Positions 25,911-35,178 of a stretch of 57,811 nt of DNA are shown here, piece after piece. Every line of letters starts with the position of its first letter. The stretch's first letter is position 1. Position numbers and translations under genes: made by a program. Location: IMG/VR virus record IMGVR_UViG_3300042539_000942; one strand, written 5' to 3'. Source of the DNA: an uncultured virus (IMG/VR IMGVR_UViG_3300042539_000942) (Duplodnaviria > Heunggongvirae > Uroviricota > Caudoviricetes). The notes under the pieces were generated by a model. The model ran no database searches, had not been told where the DNA came from, and saw only the letters and a list, made by a program, of their open reading frames with translations.

Positions 25911-26143
25911 AATTTACAGTTTATTCAAAGGATGGATGTCCATACTGCACAAAAGTTCAGCAGGTATTAGAAACAACTGAGTTACAACACGTTGTTTATA
26001 AGTTGGGAAGAGACTTTACTCGTGAAGAATTTTATGCCGAGTTTGGTCAAAGATCTACCTTCCCTCAAGTGATTTGTGATGACAAAAAACTTGGTGGATG
26101 TATAGATACTGTTAAATACCTTAAAGAAAATAATTTAGTTTAA
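25907..26143 (+). CDS. Glutaredoxin
   Basis: YSKDGCPYC, TFPQV, LGG. Confidence 0.92.
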   Translation: MKFTVYSKDGCPYCTKVQQVLETTELQHVVYKLGRDFTREEFYAEFGQRSTFPQVICDDKKLGGCIDTVKYLKENNLV

Positions 26144-26493
26144 TGGAAGAGTTTTGTGGAGTTGTGGAAAAATCTATTGACTATGTTTTTTCTCAGAACA
26201 TTTATTCGTTAAATTTTTATGAATATTTAAAATCAAGTAAGGCAACTAAAAAACAAACTCAAGATTTTATTGAAAGTGCCACAGCAGCAAATCTAAGCAA
26301 TCTCATAATGGACTTGGATGATTATTTGGAAGGAGGTTCCGATGAAATTCATAAACAATTGAGAGAAGCATATGGTCATTTGTCTAAACCTCATGCAAGA
26401 AAAATCAGAAATTATTTGTATAAAATTTTAGAGGATGCTTGGAAGTATGAGAAAAGCAAAAGACCAGGAAGAAAAAAACTCACATCTAAATAG
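26143..26493 (+). CDS. Hypothetical cyanophage protein
   Basis: TAATG coupling; LREAYGHLSKPHARKIRNYL. Confidence 0.7.
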   Translation: MEEFCGVVEKSIDYVFSQNIYSLNFYEYLKSSKATKKQTQDFIESATAANLSNLIMDLDDYLEGGSDEIHKQLREAYGHLSKPHARKIRNYLYKILEDAWKYEKSKRPGRKKLTSK

Positions 26494-26647
26494 AGGTGTA
26501 GAACTTTTACTTAGATATCAGGAGAAGAAGAAACCAGAACAAAAAATTTTTGGTTTTAGATTTAATCGTGTTATTCTAAATCGTAGAATACATTTTGAAT
26601 TTATGATAACAAAACCAAAATGTTCCTGGGAGAAAATAAATGTCTGA
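26435..26647 (+). CDS. Hypothetical basic protein
   Basis: ORF track; LNRGVELLLR; start uncertain. Confidence 0.5.
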   Translation: MLGSMRKAKDQEEKNSHLNRGVELLLRYQEKKKPEQKIFGFRFNRVILNRRIHFEFMITKPKCSWEKINV

Positions 26648-26858
26648 GTTAACCTTAACTATTTCAGTACTTGTCACAATTCTTTTCTTTTTTGTTGGAG
26701 GTGTGATAGGATGGTTAGCAAGAGAGAATGTTATGACCAAGCAAATAAATTATCATCCAGAAATGTTTGATAATAATGGAAATCTAATACCAGATGAAAT
26801 CATCGCTTTTAGATTTGAAAATTCAGAAGAACTTTACGATTACGACGACGAAGATTAA
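26640..26858 (+). CDS. Single-pass membrane protein (DUF2973-like)
   Basis: TM helix then HPEMFDNNGNL and an acidic tail. Confidence 0.65.
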   Translation: MSELTLTISVLVTILFFFVGGVIGWLARENVMTKQINYHPEMFDNNGNLIPDEIIAFRFENSEELYDYDDED

Positions 26859-26874
26859 TTAATTGGAGGTTATT

Positions 26875-27342
26875 ATGCCAGCACCCGCGACAGTTGCACT
26901 GCCACCTAATCCATTGGTAAGTGAGGTACTTGAATTTATTTCTAAGAAAAGAACCAAGGCAGAAAAAATTAAAGCACTTAAAGATTTTGAAAGCCCTGAA
27001 CTTAAATCTATTTTGATTTGGAACTTTGACGAAAGCATTGTGAACATGCTTCCAGATGGTATTCCACCTTATAGTCCAAATGAGGCACCAAAAGGAACAG
27101 AGCATACAAATCTTTCTCATGAATACAAGATCCTTTATAATTTTTTGAAAGGTGGTAATGATCAATTACGCCCAATGAAAAGAGAAGAACTTTTTCTTCA
27201 ACTTCTAGAAGGTCTTCATGCTGAAGAATCGGAAGTTATTTGTTTGGTAAAGGATCGCAATCTTAATAAAAAGTATAAGATAACTAAAGAGGTTGTATCT
27301 GAAGCTTATCCTGATATTGTATGGGGAAATCGTGGAGGTTAA
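26875..27342 (+). CDS. Conserved T4-like phage hypothetical protein
   Basis: GGAGGT RBS before ATG 26875; LIWNFD...LPDG, KREELFLQLLEGLH. Confidence 0.75.
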   Translation: MPAPATVALPPNPLVSEVLEFISKKRTKAEKIKALKDFESPELKSILIWNFDESIVNMLPDGIPPYSPNEAPKGTEHTNLSHEYKILYNFLKGGNDQLRPMKREELFLQLLEGLHAEESEVICLVKDRNLNKKYKITKEVVSEAYPDIVWGNRGG

Positions 27343-27343
27343 G

Positions 27344-27700
27344 ATGACTAAAACTAAAGTCAAAGAAACTACAATGAAAGAAGAAAAATTGTATTGGACA
27401 AAGGAAGAGATTGAATCTGTTCCTGCCAGTTATGGATGTGTCCTAATTAAAGAAAGAGCAACTTTGGAAGAGCAACATAATAAGCAACTTCCTACAGATG
27501 TGTATAGAATTTTCTATAAAGTTCAAGATAAAATTCACTGTGACATGGTAAGAACAAGTCGTAAGGTAGATTTGTTTGACATGTATTATGATAAGTTTGG
27601 TCCTGGAGTTATTCAGAAAATTGATTGGGGGTATGGTACAATCAACCCAAAGTCATGGGATTATGTCTCCCCAGAAATCAAAAAGAAACGTAGTAGGTAA
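27344..27700 (+). CDS. Hypothetical protein
   Basis: GGAGG RBS before ATG 27344; VDLFDMYYD...WGYGTINPKSW. Confidence 0.7.
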   Translation: MTKTKVKETTMKEEKLYWTKEEIESVPASYGCVLIKERATLEEQHNKQLPTDVYRIFYKVQDKIHCDMVRTSRKVDLFDMYYDKFGPGVIQKIDWGYGTINPKSWDYVSPEIKKKRSR

Positions 27701-27705
27701 TTTGT

Positions 27706-27888
27706 ATGAGTGAGGGGTTTTCAAATAAACAAGTTGAATCTTTTCTGAGTGAAGTTAATAAAATCACAAAGGATTATAAAAAAATTAAAAAGTACATGAA
27801 GACTAATTACTTTGAAATTCAAAAATTGAATGGTACTGAAAAAATTGTAAACGATCTTTTGAATAAATACTACAAGGAAGAAAAGTAG
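27706..27888 (+). CDS. Hypothetical protein
   Basis: ORF track; operon spacing. Confidence 0.55.
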   Translation: MSEGFSNKQVESFLSEVNKITKDYKKIKKYMKTNYFEIQKLNGTEKIVNDLLNKYYKEEK

Positions 27889-27895
27889 TAGGTAA

Positions 27896-28864
27896 ATGAA
27901 AACTTATAGGGAATTTATTGCTGAGGTTAATGCGGCTCATCCTGACATTGCAAATCAACCAGAATTTCAAAAAAAAGTAGAAAAAATTCTTAAGCAAAGA
28001 AGGACTGCAAGATCTGCATCGCAAAAAATTCCTTCAACAACTTCTAGTACAAAACAACAACCAACTCAGGGTCAACCATTTAAACCAACTGGAAAACCAG
28101 GATCACCAGGGAACGTACAAACTGGTTACAAAAAACCTGGATTTAAAACTCCAAATGTGAAAGTTCCGACAGGAGTTAAAAACGTTGCAGGTTTTGCTGG
28201 AAGAGCAGCTGGTCCTGCATTAACTGCTGTTGATGCTGCATTAACTTATAAGGGTAGAAGATCTGAAGGTGAATCTAGAAAGAGAGCAGCTGCAGGAACT
28301 GCTGCTCAAGTTGGAACTGGACTTGCTGCTGCTACTGCGGGTGCTAAGGCTGGTGCAGCAATGGGATCAGTTTTGGGTCCTAAAGGTGCTTTAGTTGGTG
28401 GATTGGTTGGCGGTGGTGTTGGTTATGTTGCTGGATCTGAGGTTGGTAAAAAAGCATTTGATGTTGCTGCTGGTGCAACTCCACAGCAGAAGAAAGCAAT
28501 GGCAACTGCAAATCGTCAACGTCAAGCAGGGACTGGCATTGTAGGAACTGGTGGTCCAACTAAAGTTGATACCAAGAAAAATACAATTACTACTGGTGGT
28601 AAGACTGTTGCACTTCCTAAGATGCAAGTGAATCCTCAAACTGGTAAAGCAGGATACCTTGCTTATAAAGGTGGTCAAGCAACCTACAAGACTGCTGCAG
28701 ATCCTTCAACTCTTGCCAAGACTTCTAGTAATCCTTTAGAAAGACTTGGTAGAACGATCAATCCAGGTGCTTATGCAAAACAAGATGCAGCAGCAAAAGC
28801 AGCACAATTAAAACAAGCACAGGCAGGAACAGCATCTTATAAAAAGTCACTAGGTATTAAATAA
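27896..28864 (+). CDS. Putative internal head (ejected) protein with a T4-type capsid-targeting N-terminus and a glycine zipper
   Basis: Starts MKTYREFIAE (T4 IPIII CTS is MKTYQEFIAE); basic, Ala/Gly-rich; GAAMGSVLGPKGALVGGLVGGGVG. Confidence 0.65.
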   Translation: MKTYREFIAEVNAAHPDIANQPEFQKKVEKILKQRRTARSASQKIPSTTSSTKQQPTQGQPFKPTGKPGSPGNVQTGYKKPGFKTPNVKVPTGVKNVAGFAGRAAGPALTAVDAALTYKGRRSEGESRKRAAAGTAAQVGTGLAAATAGAKAGAAMGSVLGPKGALVGGLVGGGVGYVAGSEVGKKAFDVAAGATPQQKKAMATANRQRQAGTGIVGTGGPTKVDTKKNTITTGGKTVALPKMQVNPQTGKAGYLAYKGGQATYKTAADPSTLAKTSSNPLERLGRTINPGAYAKQDAAAKAAQLKQAQAGTASYKKSLGIK

Positions 28865-28896
28865 TCATAAATAATAGAAAAGTTAAAGTGGAAGCA

Positions 28897-29787
28897 ATGG
28901 AATTAACTTACGAACAATATGCTGAATTAATGGATGAATTAGTTGCAGAAGGTTATGATGTTCTAGAAGCATCTGAAATGATTTTCAATGGGCAACTTGA
29001 AGAGCAAGGAGGTCAGAGAGGTTCTGGTTCGTCAGCATCTCAGACGAACCAATCTGTTTCTGGGGCCCAAATTTTATATGGTCCTTCAGGAAAACCACAA
29101 TCTCCAGCTTCTAGACCAACAAATGTAAGAGGTGGTGGCACTCGTCCTGCCGCTAGACCTGCTGCTGGTGCTCCTGCAAGACCTGCTGCCGCACCCACAA
29201 GACCTGCTGCTGCCCCTGCCGTTAGACCCGCTGCTTCCCCAGCACCAGTTGCTGCAAGACCTGCTGCCGCCCCTGCTAGCACTCCTACAAGACCTGCTGC
29301 TACTCCATCTGCAAAAGTTGATACTGCCCCTGCAGCAAAACCAGCAGGATCACCAATGCAACAGTGGAGAGATGCAAATAAAAACCTCGCTGCAGCTTCT
29401 GATGAAAAAGCAAGAATTCGTGGAACGCAACAAACTGATAATCCTTTAATGAAGGATATGAGATCTCGTCTTCCAATGAATTCTCCTTCAGTTCAGTCTC
29501 CTGATGTTGCTAAACTTGGCGCAGGTAATCAATCATTAACACAAAATCCAAATGCTTTCAAAGCAGCAACTCCAGCTCCATCTTCCCCATCACCATCTAC
29601 AGCATCAACTGGATTTAAACTTGCTAAGCAAGGAGTAGATCTTTCTAAAACAAATAAGCAAAAGATTAATGCTGGAATGGAAATTCAAGGTGATAAACTT
29701 CAAGAAGAACTGAAAGGAGATGGTTATGGTGGAAGTGCCAGACCAGACTCTCTGCTAGATGCATATCAATCAATCTACAAATCTTGA
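28897..29787 (+). CDS. Putative head-associated protein with an acidic N-terminus and Pro/Ala-rich linker
   Basis: CATAAATA late box at 28866-73; several L/V-X-E prohead-protease-like sites; RPAA repeats. Confidence 0.6.
   Translation: MELTYEQYAELMDELVAEGYDVLEASEMIFNGQLEEQGGQRGSGSSASQTNQSVSGAQILYGPSGKPQSPASRPTNVRGGGTRPAARPAAGAPARPAAAPTRPAAAPAVRPAASPAPVAARPAAAPASTPTRPAATPSAKVDTAPAAKPAGSPMQQWRDANKNLAAASDEKARIRGTQQTDNPLMKDMRSRLPMNSPSVQSPDVAKLGAGNQSLTQNPNAFKAATPAPSSPSPSTASTGFKLAKQGVDLSKTNKQKINAGMEIQGDKLQEELKGDGYGGSARPDSLLDAYQSIYKS
29143..29301 (+). repeat. Seven RPAA peptide repeats (agacctgctgc-like units)
   Basis: Translation TRPAARPAAGAPARPAAAPTRPAAAPAVRPAASPAPVAARPAAAPASTPTRPAA. Confidence 0.8.
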
Positions 29788-29792
29788 TCTCT

Positions 29793-29828
29793 GGGGGAAT
29801 TGACTTCCCCCCTTTTTTTGTCTATAAT
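29793..29828 (+). promoter_or_regulatory. Terminator whose loop is the -35 box of a sigma70 promoter
   Basis: gggggaa-ttgac-ttccccc plus U-run; TTGACT (29800-05), 17 nt, TATAAT (29823-28). Confidence 0.75.
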
Positions 29829-29849
29829 AGTATGAGAACTTTTTGTAAC

Positions 29850-30029
29850 ATGGACAGACAAAAACTTAAATTGATTGTTCGTAATCTTGAACTTCTTGTT
29901 GATAGTTTAAAAGATGAGATCAATTCGGATGAAATTCCACAACTTAATTACGAAGAAATTGCACCCTATCTAGAAGATTATGATGAAGTGTATGATGAAA
30001 ATGAAGAGGAAAAACTAAATGGTTTATGA
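29850..30029 (+). CDS. Hypothetical protein (MDRQKLKLIVRNLELLVDSLK...)
   Basis: Most plausible ATG downstream of the promoter (an in-frame ATG at 29832 is too close to the -10 box); acidic tail. Confidence 0.65.
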   Translation: MDRQKLKLIVRNLELLVDSLKDEINSDEIPQLNYEEIAPYLEDYDEVYDENEEEKLNGL

Positions 30030-30204
30030 AGATTTAACGAAATTTGAAAGAGCACTTGCTCGGTTTGGAGATAAGGTTCAGTATGTAGTTGGACTAGAAA
30101 TTGGTAATAAAATTTCTCCAGAGACTGCTTATCAAGAAATAAAGGAAATGTTGAAGGAATTGAAAAAAATTCGCAAAGAAGAAAAAGATTTTTGGGAGGA
30201 ATGA
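30019..30204 (+). CDS. Hypothetical protein
   Basis: GAGG RBS; FERALARFGDKV...GNKISPETAYQEIK. Confidence 0.65.
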   Translation: MVYEDLTKFERALARFGDKVQYVVGLEIGNKISPETAYQEIKEMLKELKKIRKEEKDFWEE

Positions 30205-30923
30205 TGACATCAAAAGTTAAACTCATTGCAATCACTCAAGGTGCTGGAGATCTTATTAATAGGAATGCACAAGAGGTAATCTCTTACATTGCTCGCGTAA
30301 GTAATCCAAACAACCAATTGAACTTTGATACTTCTGCTGGTCTGCTTAAGTATTGTATCAAGCATGAACACTGGAGTATCTTTGAACATGCTTTTATGAC
30401 ACTTGAGATTAATACCACTCGTGGTATTGCTGCTCAAATTTTACGTCATAGGTCCTTTACATTCCAGGAATTTTCTCAGCGGTATGCGGATACCAATCTC
30501 CTATCTGATAAACCAGAACTTCCTGATCTTCGTAGACAGGATACAAAGAATCGCCAGAATTCCATTGATGATTTTGGTGATTATGTAAAACTTGGTATGC
30601 AGGGAGAGATACAAGAGTATTTTAATCAAGGTCAGATTTTGTATAATAGTCTTCTTGATAGAGGTGTTGCAAAGGAATGTGCTCGCTTTGTACTTCCTCT
30701 GGCAACACCTACCAGAATCTACATGACAGGATCTTGCAGGTCATGGGTACATTACATCAATCTTCGTTCTGCAAATGGAACACAAAAGGAACACATGGAC
30801 ATTGCAGAAGATTGCAAATGTTTGTTTATTTGCCAGTTTCCTGATGTTGCTAAGGCACTTGAGTGGGACAGGTCTGATGATTGTCCAGAGTGCTTAGATG
30901 CTCCTTCAATTACTATAGAATAA
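30201..30923 (+). CDS. thyX: Flavin-dependent thymidylate synthase
   Basis: ARVS, HWSIFEHA, RHRSFTFQEFSQRY (RHRX7S), KECARFVLP. Confidence 0.95.
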   Translation: MMTSKVKLIAITQGAGDLINRNAQEVISYIARVSNPNNQLNFDTSAGLLKYCIKHEHWSIFEHAFMTLEINTTRGIAAQILRHRSFTFQEFSQRYADTNLLSDKPELPDLRRQDTKNRQNSIDDFGDYVKLGMQGEIQEYFNQGQILYNSLLDRGVAKECARFVLPLATPTRIYMTGSCRSWVHYINLRSANGTQKEHMDIAEDCKCLFICQFPDVAKALEWDRSDDCPECLDAPSITIE

Positions 30924-30948
30924 ATAGTACACAATTATAATTAAAAAA

Positions 30949-31290
30949 ATGTCAGTTAATTATTCTTGGAGTATAACTTCATTAAACTGTGTAGAACAAG
31001 AGAATACCTTAGAGAATGTTGTAAAGTCGATTGATTGGAAACTTGTTGCATCAGATACTCATAACGAAAAAGTAATTGATTCTTATGTAGTTGGTAATAC
31101 CTCAGTTTCAAATCCAGACGAAAGTAATTTCATTAATTTTTCAAACTTAACACAAGAACAAATTGTTACTTGGGTTGAGCAAACAATTCCAGCAGAAGAA
31201 CTTGAAATCTATAGAAATTATCTTGCAGGTAAACTTGATCTACAAAGAGTCGTAGAAACCGTGTCATTACCTTTCCCTTGGGATCAATAA
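30949..31290 (+). CDS. Late hypothetical protein (tail-fibre-associated type)
   Basis: AATAAATA at 30919-26; W-x-I, FINFSNLTQEQIVTWV, C-terminal PFPW. Confidence 0.6.
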   Translation: MSVNYSWSITSLNCVEQENTLENVVKSIDWKLVASDTHNEKVIDSYVVGNTSVSNPDESNFINFSNLTQEQIVTWVEQTIPAEELEIYRNYLAGKLDLQRVVETVSLPFPWDQ

Positions 31291-31315
31291 ATATTAGCGT
31301 GTATTGAATTAATTT

Positions 31316-31564
31316 ATGGCAACTTATCCAGTTTATAATAAAATCACTGGCGAACAAAAAGAAGTGAGCATGAGTGTTCACGAATGGTCCCAGTGGAAAA
31401 AAGATAATACAGATTGGGATAGAGATTGGTCTGATCCATCCACTTGTCCTGGTTCAGGAGAAATTGGAGAGTGGAAAGATAAATTAAATAAAAAAAATCC
31501 TTCTTGGAATGAAGTTTTGAAAAAAGTTGGAAGAGTCCCTGGTTCAAGAGTAACGAAAAACTAA
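31316..31564 (+). CDS. Conserved hypothetical protein upstream of phoH
   Basis: MATYPVYNKITGEQKEV...WNEVLKKV; TAATG-coupled to phoH. Confidence 0.7.
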   Translation: MATYPVYNKITGEQKEVSMSVHEWSQWKKDNTDWDRDWSDPSTCPGSGEIGEWKDKLNKKNPSWNEVLKKVGRVPGSRVTKN

Positions 31565-32322
31565 TGGCAAGAAGAAAAAGAAGTAATGAACTCCAACCAA
31601 TCGGAGTTGGCATGACGGCAAAGCAAATGAAAAGACGTAAACCAATCAATGTAGATCTATTAGTAGACATTGATCCCCTCACTGAAAATCAAAAACGATT
31701 GTTCGATGCATACGCAAACAATAAGCATTTGTTTGCTTATGGTTGTGCAGGCACTGGTAAAACTTTTATCACACTTTACAATGCTCTTCGTGATGTTTTG
31801 AATGAGTACACACCATTTGAAAAAATTTACATCGTTCGTTCTCTAGTCTCTACAAGAGAGATTGGTTTTCTTCCTGGAGATCATGAAGATAAGTCTGCAC
31901 TTTATCAGATTCCCTACAAGAACATGGTCAAATACATGTTCCAGATGCCAAGTGATGCAGACTTTGAAATGCTCTATGGCAATTTGAAAGCACAAGAAAC
32001 TATTAAGTTCTGGAGTACTTCTTTCATTCGCGGAACGACAATTGATAATGCGATCATTGTCGTTGATGAATGTCAGAACTTGAATTTTCATGAACTTGAT
32101 AGTATAATTACAAGAGTTGGCGACAACTGTAAAATTATGTTCTGTGGTGATGCAACTCAAACAGATTTGACAAAGACATATGAAAGAAATGGTATCTTAG
32201 ATTTCATAAAAATTATTAGAAACATGAATAGTTTTGATGTAATTGAATTTGGAATTGATGACATTGTTCGTTCTGGATTAGTCAAAGAATACATTGTTAA
32301 CAAAATTGCTTTAGGTATGTAA
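31564..32322 (+). CDS. phoH: PhoH-family ATPase
   Basis: GCAGTGKT, IGFLPG, FIRGTT, VDECQN, TRVG, GDATQTD, IVRSGLV. Confidence 0.95.
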   Translation: MARRKRSNELQPIGVGMTAKQMKRRKPINVDLLVDIDPLTENQKRLFDAYANNKHLFAYGCAGTGKTFITLYNALRDVLNEYTPFEKIYIVRSLVSTREIGFLPGDHEDKSALYQIPYKNMVKYMFQMPSDADFEMLYGNLKAQETIKFWSTSFIRGTTIDNAIIVVDECQNLNFHELDSIITRVGDNCKIMFCGDATQTDLTKTYERNGILDFIKIIRNMNSFDVIEFGIDDIVRSGLVKEYIVNKIALGM

Positions 32323-32990
32323 TGCGGTTTATTCATCATAATTTTTTAGGTGATCTTGAATTAGAAAAGAAAGAAACTAATGGGATGCGCCTCTATAATC
32401 TTCCTAATGGAGATTGGGTGCCTTCCATTACTTCTGTCACAAGTTTTTATAATCGTCAAGTCTTTTTAGAATGGCGAAATAAAGTTGGTGAAGAAAAGGC
32501 AAACCAGATCACTCGTCAGGCAACTTCAAGAGGAACAGATTTCCATTTAATTTGTCAGGACTATCTTGAAAACAAAGAACTAGACTGGAATGATTATCAA
32601 CCAGCATCTAAGATTATGTTTCAACATGTAAAGTCAGAACTGGATAAGATAAATAATATTCATGCCATCGAAAGATCTCTGTATAGTGAGTATCTTGGAA
32701 TTGCTGGAAGAGTAGATTGTATAGCAGAGTATGATGGCGAACTAGCAATCATAGACTTTAAAACTTCCAGCAAGATAAAACCAGAGGAATGGATTCAGCA
32801 GTATTTTGTTCAAGAAACTGCATATGCTTGCATGTACTATGAACTGACGGGTATTACTGTTAAAAAGTTAATTACATTGATGGTAACTCCGAATGGAGAG
32901 TTCAAAGTATTTGACAAAAGAAACAAAGACGATTATATTAAGTTATTAGTCAAATACATTAAAGAGTTCGTAAAAAATTCAGGTTACTAA
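32322..32990 (+). CDS. PD-(D/E)XK (Cas4/RecB-like) exonuclease
   Basis: PSITSV, RGTDFH, AGRVDCI...IIDFKTS, QETAYA. Confidence 0.85.
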   Translation: MRFIHHNFLGDLELEKKETNGMRLYNLPNGDWVPSITSVTSFYNRQVFLEWRNKVGEEKANQITRQATSRGTDFHLICQDYLENKELDWNDYQPASKIMFQHVKSELDKINNIHAIERSLYSEYLGIAGRVDCIAEYDGELAIIDFKTSSKIKPEEWIQQYFVQETAYACMYYELTGITVKKLITLMVTPNGEFKVFDKRNKDDYIKLLVKYIKEFVKNSGY

Positions 32991-33244
32991 TGGAAGATTT
33001 ATTAGCAAAAGAGTTAGAAAAAAAGTTTTTATGCTCATCAAGATTTGCACAGGAAATTGAAAGAATAGTTCAGAATGATAAGAGCACATACATTGACTCG
33101 ATCATTTATTTCTGTGAAAAAAATAACATTGATCTTGAATCTGTTTCAAAACTGATCTCCAAACCGCTTAAGGATAAGATAAAGAATGAAGCAATGGAAC
33201 TTAATTTTCTCAAAAAAACATCTAGAGCAAAATTGCCTTTATGA
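32990..33244 (+). CDS. gp33: Late-transcription coactivator
   Basis: FAQEIE, YIDSIIYFCEKNNID, ISKPLKDKIKNEA; T4-core synteny before gp59 and gp32. Confidence 0.85.
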   Translation: MEDLLAKELEKKFLCSSRFAQEIERIVQNDKSTYIDSIIYFCEKNNIDLESVSKLISKPLKDKIKNEAMELNFLKKTSRAKLPL

Positions 33245-33843
33245 AAGTGACTCCTTTTGATGTCTATAAAACATACTTGTCATTAAAAAACCATTTTACG
33301 AATGAATCTTATGATTATTTTAAGTATGCTGGAAAATCGAGAGCAAGTGTAAATTCTTTCAACAAAAGGAAAGATCGTTACTTCTTCGAAAGATGTTCTA
33401 GAAAGATGTCTGACGATCAGGTTGTTGAATTTTTCCTATCTAACTTTATTGTTTGTGATGATCCTCAAAAAGTTTGGATAGGAGAGTTAATTCAGGCAGG
33501 AGAAACCAATTACTTAGATTGGAAGAAAAAAAATCAAAGTCTCACTTATGTTTTCTGCAATGAAGTAGAAGCAGTGTTTGCAGATAAAAGTTTTGATTCA
33601 ATGTTTGAATGTAAAAGTGGGCAGCACCCAGAAATTTTAAAGGAATATCTTCGTAAAAATCTTTCATTAGAAACCTTAACGATTTTAGATCAACTCCTAT
33701 CTTTTTCTAATAAATTTGATAGAATTCTTACAGACTTGGTGTGGAAAACCGTTAGTCATAAGATAAAAAAGTACCGTCCATTCATGGTAAATATTGATAA
33801 ATTAAAATTTAAGTCCCTATTAAGGGAGAGAGTTAATCAATGA
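33241..33843 (+). CDS. gp59: Helicase loader
   Basis: YKTYLSLKNHF...YDYFKY, FNKRKDRYFF, SLETLTILD. Confidence 0.88.
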   Translation: MKVTPFDVYKTYLSLKNHFTNESYDYFKYAGKSRASVNSFNKRKDRYFFERCSRKMSDDQVVEFFLSNFIVCDDPQKVWIGELIQAGETNYLDWKKKNQSLTYVFCNEVEAVFADKSFDSMFECKSGQHPEILKEYLRKNLSLETLTILDQLLSFSNKFDRILTDLVWKTVSHKIKKYRPFMVNIDKLKFKSLLRERVNQ

Positions 33844-34184
33844 GTAAATTTTTTGAATCCGAAATAGTTCGTAAAGAATTTGAAGAAATTTATCAATTAC
33901 AAAAGAGACTTCAACAAGTTTTTATTTCTCTTCCAAGTCTTACTATAGAAGAGAAGCAAGAATTTATCAAACTTATGCTTTTGCTTGTGGACAAGCAAGA
34001 GATTATGTATTTTAGAATGAAGTTGTCAAATGATCCAGAAAGTATAGAAATGATAGAAAAAATTAAAGAAAGTGCTTTTCTTATGGGACTTTCGCCAACA
34101 ATGTCTTTAGATGAATTGTTTCCCAAAATGAGAAAAACATTAGAAAAGTTGGAAAAAACACTTGACAGGGAGAGTGGTATGTAG
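33840..34184 (+). CDS. Conserved cyanophage protein (DUF1825-like)
   Basis: FFESEIVR, KQEIMYFRMKLSNDP; position between gp59 and gp32. Confidence 0.7.
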   Translation: MSKFFESEIVRKEFEEIYQLQKRLQQVFISLPSLTIEEKQEFIKLMLLLVDKQEIMYFRMKLSNDPESIEMIEKIKESAFLMGLSPTMSLDELFPKMRKTLEKLEKTLDRESGM

Positions 34185-34190
34185 TATTAT
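34162..34190 (+). promoter_or_regulatory. Sigma70 promoter for gp32
   Basis: TTGACA, 17 nt, TATTAT. Confidence 0.75.
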
Positions 34191-34233
34191 TCTTCCTGGA
34201 ATCCCCCGAATCCAATTAATCCGAGGTAATCTA

Positions 34234-35151
34234 ATGTCTTTTTCAGATCTTAAAAAACAATCCAAACTTGGTTCTTTGACTGCCAAACTTGTCAAAGAAG
34301 TTGAAAAGATGAACTCTGTAAGTTCGTCTTCTGATGACCGTCTTTGGAAACTTGATGTTGATAAAAGTGGAAACGGTTATGCCGTAATTCGTTTTCTTCC
34401 TGCTCCAGAAGGAGAAGATCTTCCATTTGTGAAACTGTATTCTCATGCATTTCAAGGTCCTGGTGGTTGGTATATTGAAAACTCTCTGACTACTGTTGGT
34501 CAGAAAGATCCTGTGTCTGAGTATAATACGCAACTTTGGAACAATGGCACTGATGCTGGTAAAGAACAGGCACGTAAGCAAAAGCGTAAACTGTCTTACA
34601 TCAGCAACATTTACGTTGTGAAGGATCCCGCTAATCCTCAAAATGAGGGTAAAGTTTTTCTCTTCAAGTACGGTAAAAAAATCTTTGATAAGATTGCTGC
34701 TGCAATGCAACCTGAGTTTGAAGATGAGCAAGCAATTGATCCGTTTGATTTCTGGCAGGGTGCCAATTTCAAACTGAAGGCAAAGAACGTTGCTGGTTAT
34801 CGTAATTATGATTCCAGTGAGTTTGCTGCTGCTGCTGTTCTACTGGACGATGATGATGCAATGGAAGCAATCTGGAAGAAGCAGTACTCTCTTTCTGAGC
34901 ATGTTGCTGCTGATCAGTTCAAGACCTATGATGAACTGAATAAGCGTCTGAGTTATGTTCTTGGTAGTAAAGGTTCCCGTCGTGTGGACGAAGAAGTTGC
35001 CGAAGAGGAAGAGTATTCTCGCGGTCCTGCACCAAGTCTTGATGATGATCTTCGTGCTGAGTTGAATAGTCTTAAACCTTCAGTGTCACAACCAGTCGAT
35101 GAAGATGAAGATGATGCTCTTTCCTTCTTTCAAAAACTTGCTGAGGATTGA
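34234..35151 (+). CDS. gp32: Single-stranded DNA-binding protein
   Basis: GAGGT RBS; DDRLWKL, GNGYAVIRFLP, HAFQGPGGWYIEN, GKKIFDKI, YRNYD, acidic tail. Confidence 0.95.
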   Translation: MSFSDLKKQSKLGSLTAKLVKEVEKMNSVSSSSDDRLWKLDVDKSGNGYAVIRFLPAPEGEDLPFVKLYSHAFQGPGGWYIENSLTTVGQKDPVSEYNTQLWNNGTDAGKEQARKQKRKLSYISNIYVVKDPANPQNEGKVFLFKYGKKIFDKIAAAMQPEFEDEQAIDPFDFWQGANFKLKAKNVAGYRNYDSSEFAAAAVLLDDDDAMEAIWKKQYSLSEHVAADQFKTYDELNKRLSYVLGSKGSRRVDEEVAEEEEYSRGPAPSLDDDLRAELNSLKPSVSQPVDEDEDDALSFFQKLAED

Positions 35152-35178
35152 GTCAAATCAAAATTGAAAAATAAAACC

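Noticed and set aside
31286..31564. Pho box upstream of phoH
   Set aside because: No convincing tandem PyTTAAPyPy-type repeats; only an AATAAATA late-like box is seen.
32322..32990. Cas4-like nuclease as a sign of a CRISPR system
   Set aside because: It occupies the usual phoH-exonuclease-gp33 core position; no cas genes or array are present.
34162..34233. Extended N-termini given by the ORF track (gp32 from 34162, hli from 14754, 29784, 21797)
   Set aside because: These starts fall inside or upstream of promoter elements; downstream ATGs fit the RBS and family N-termini better.
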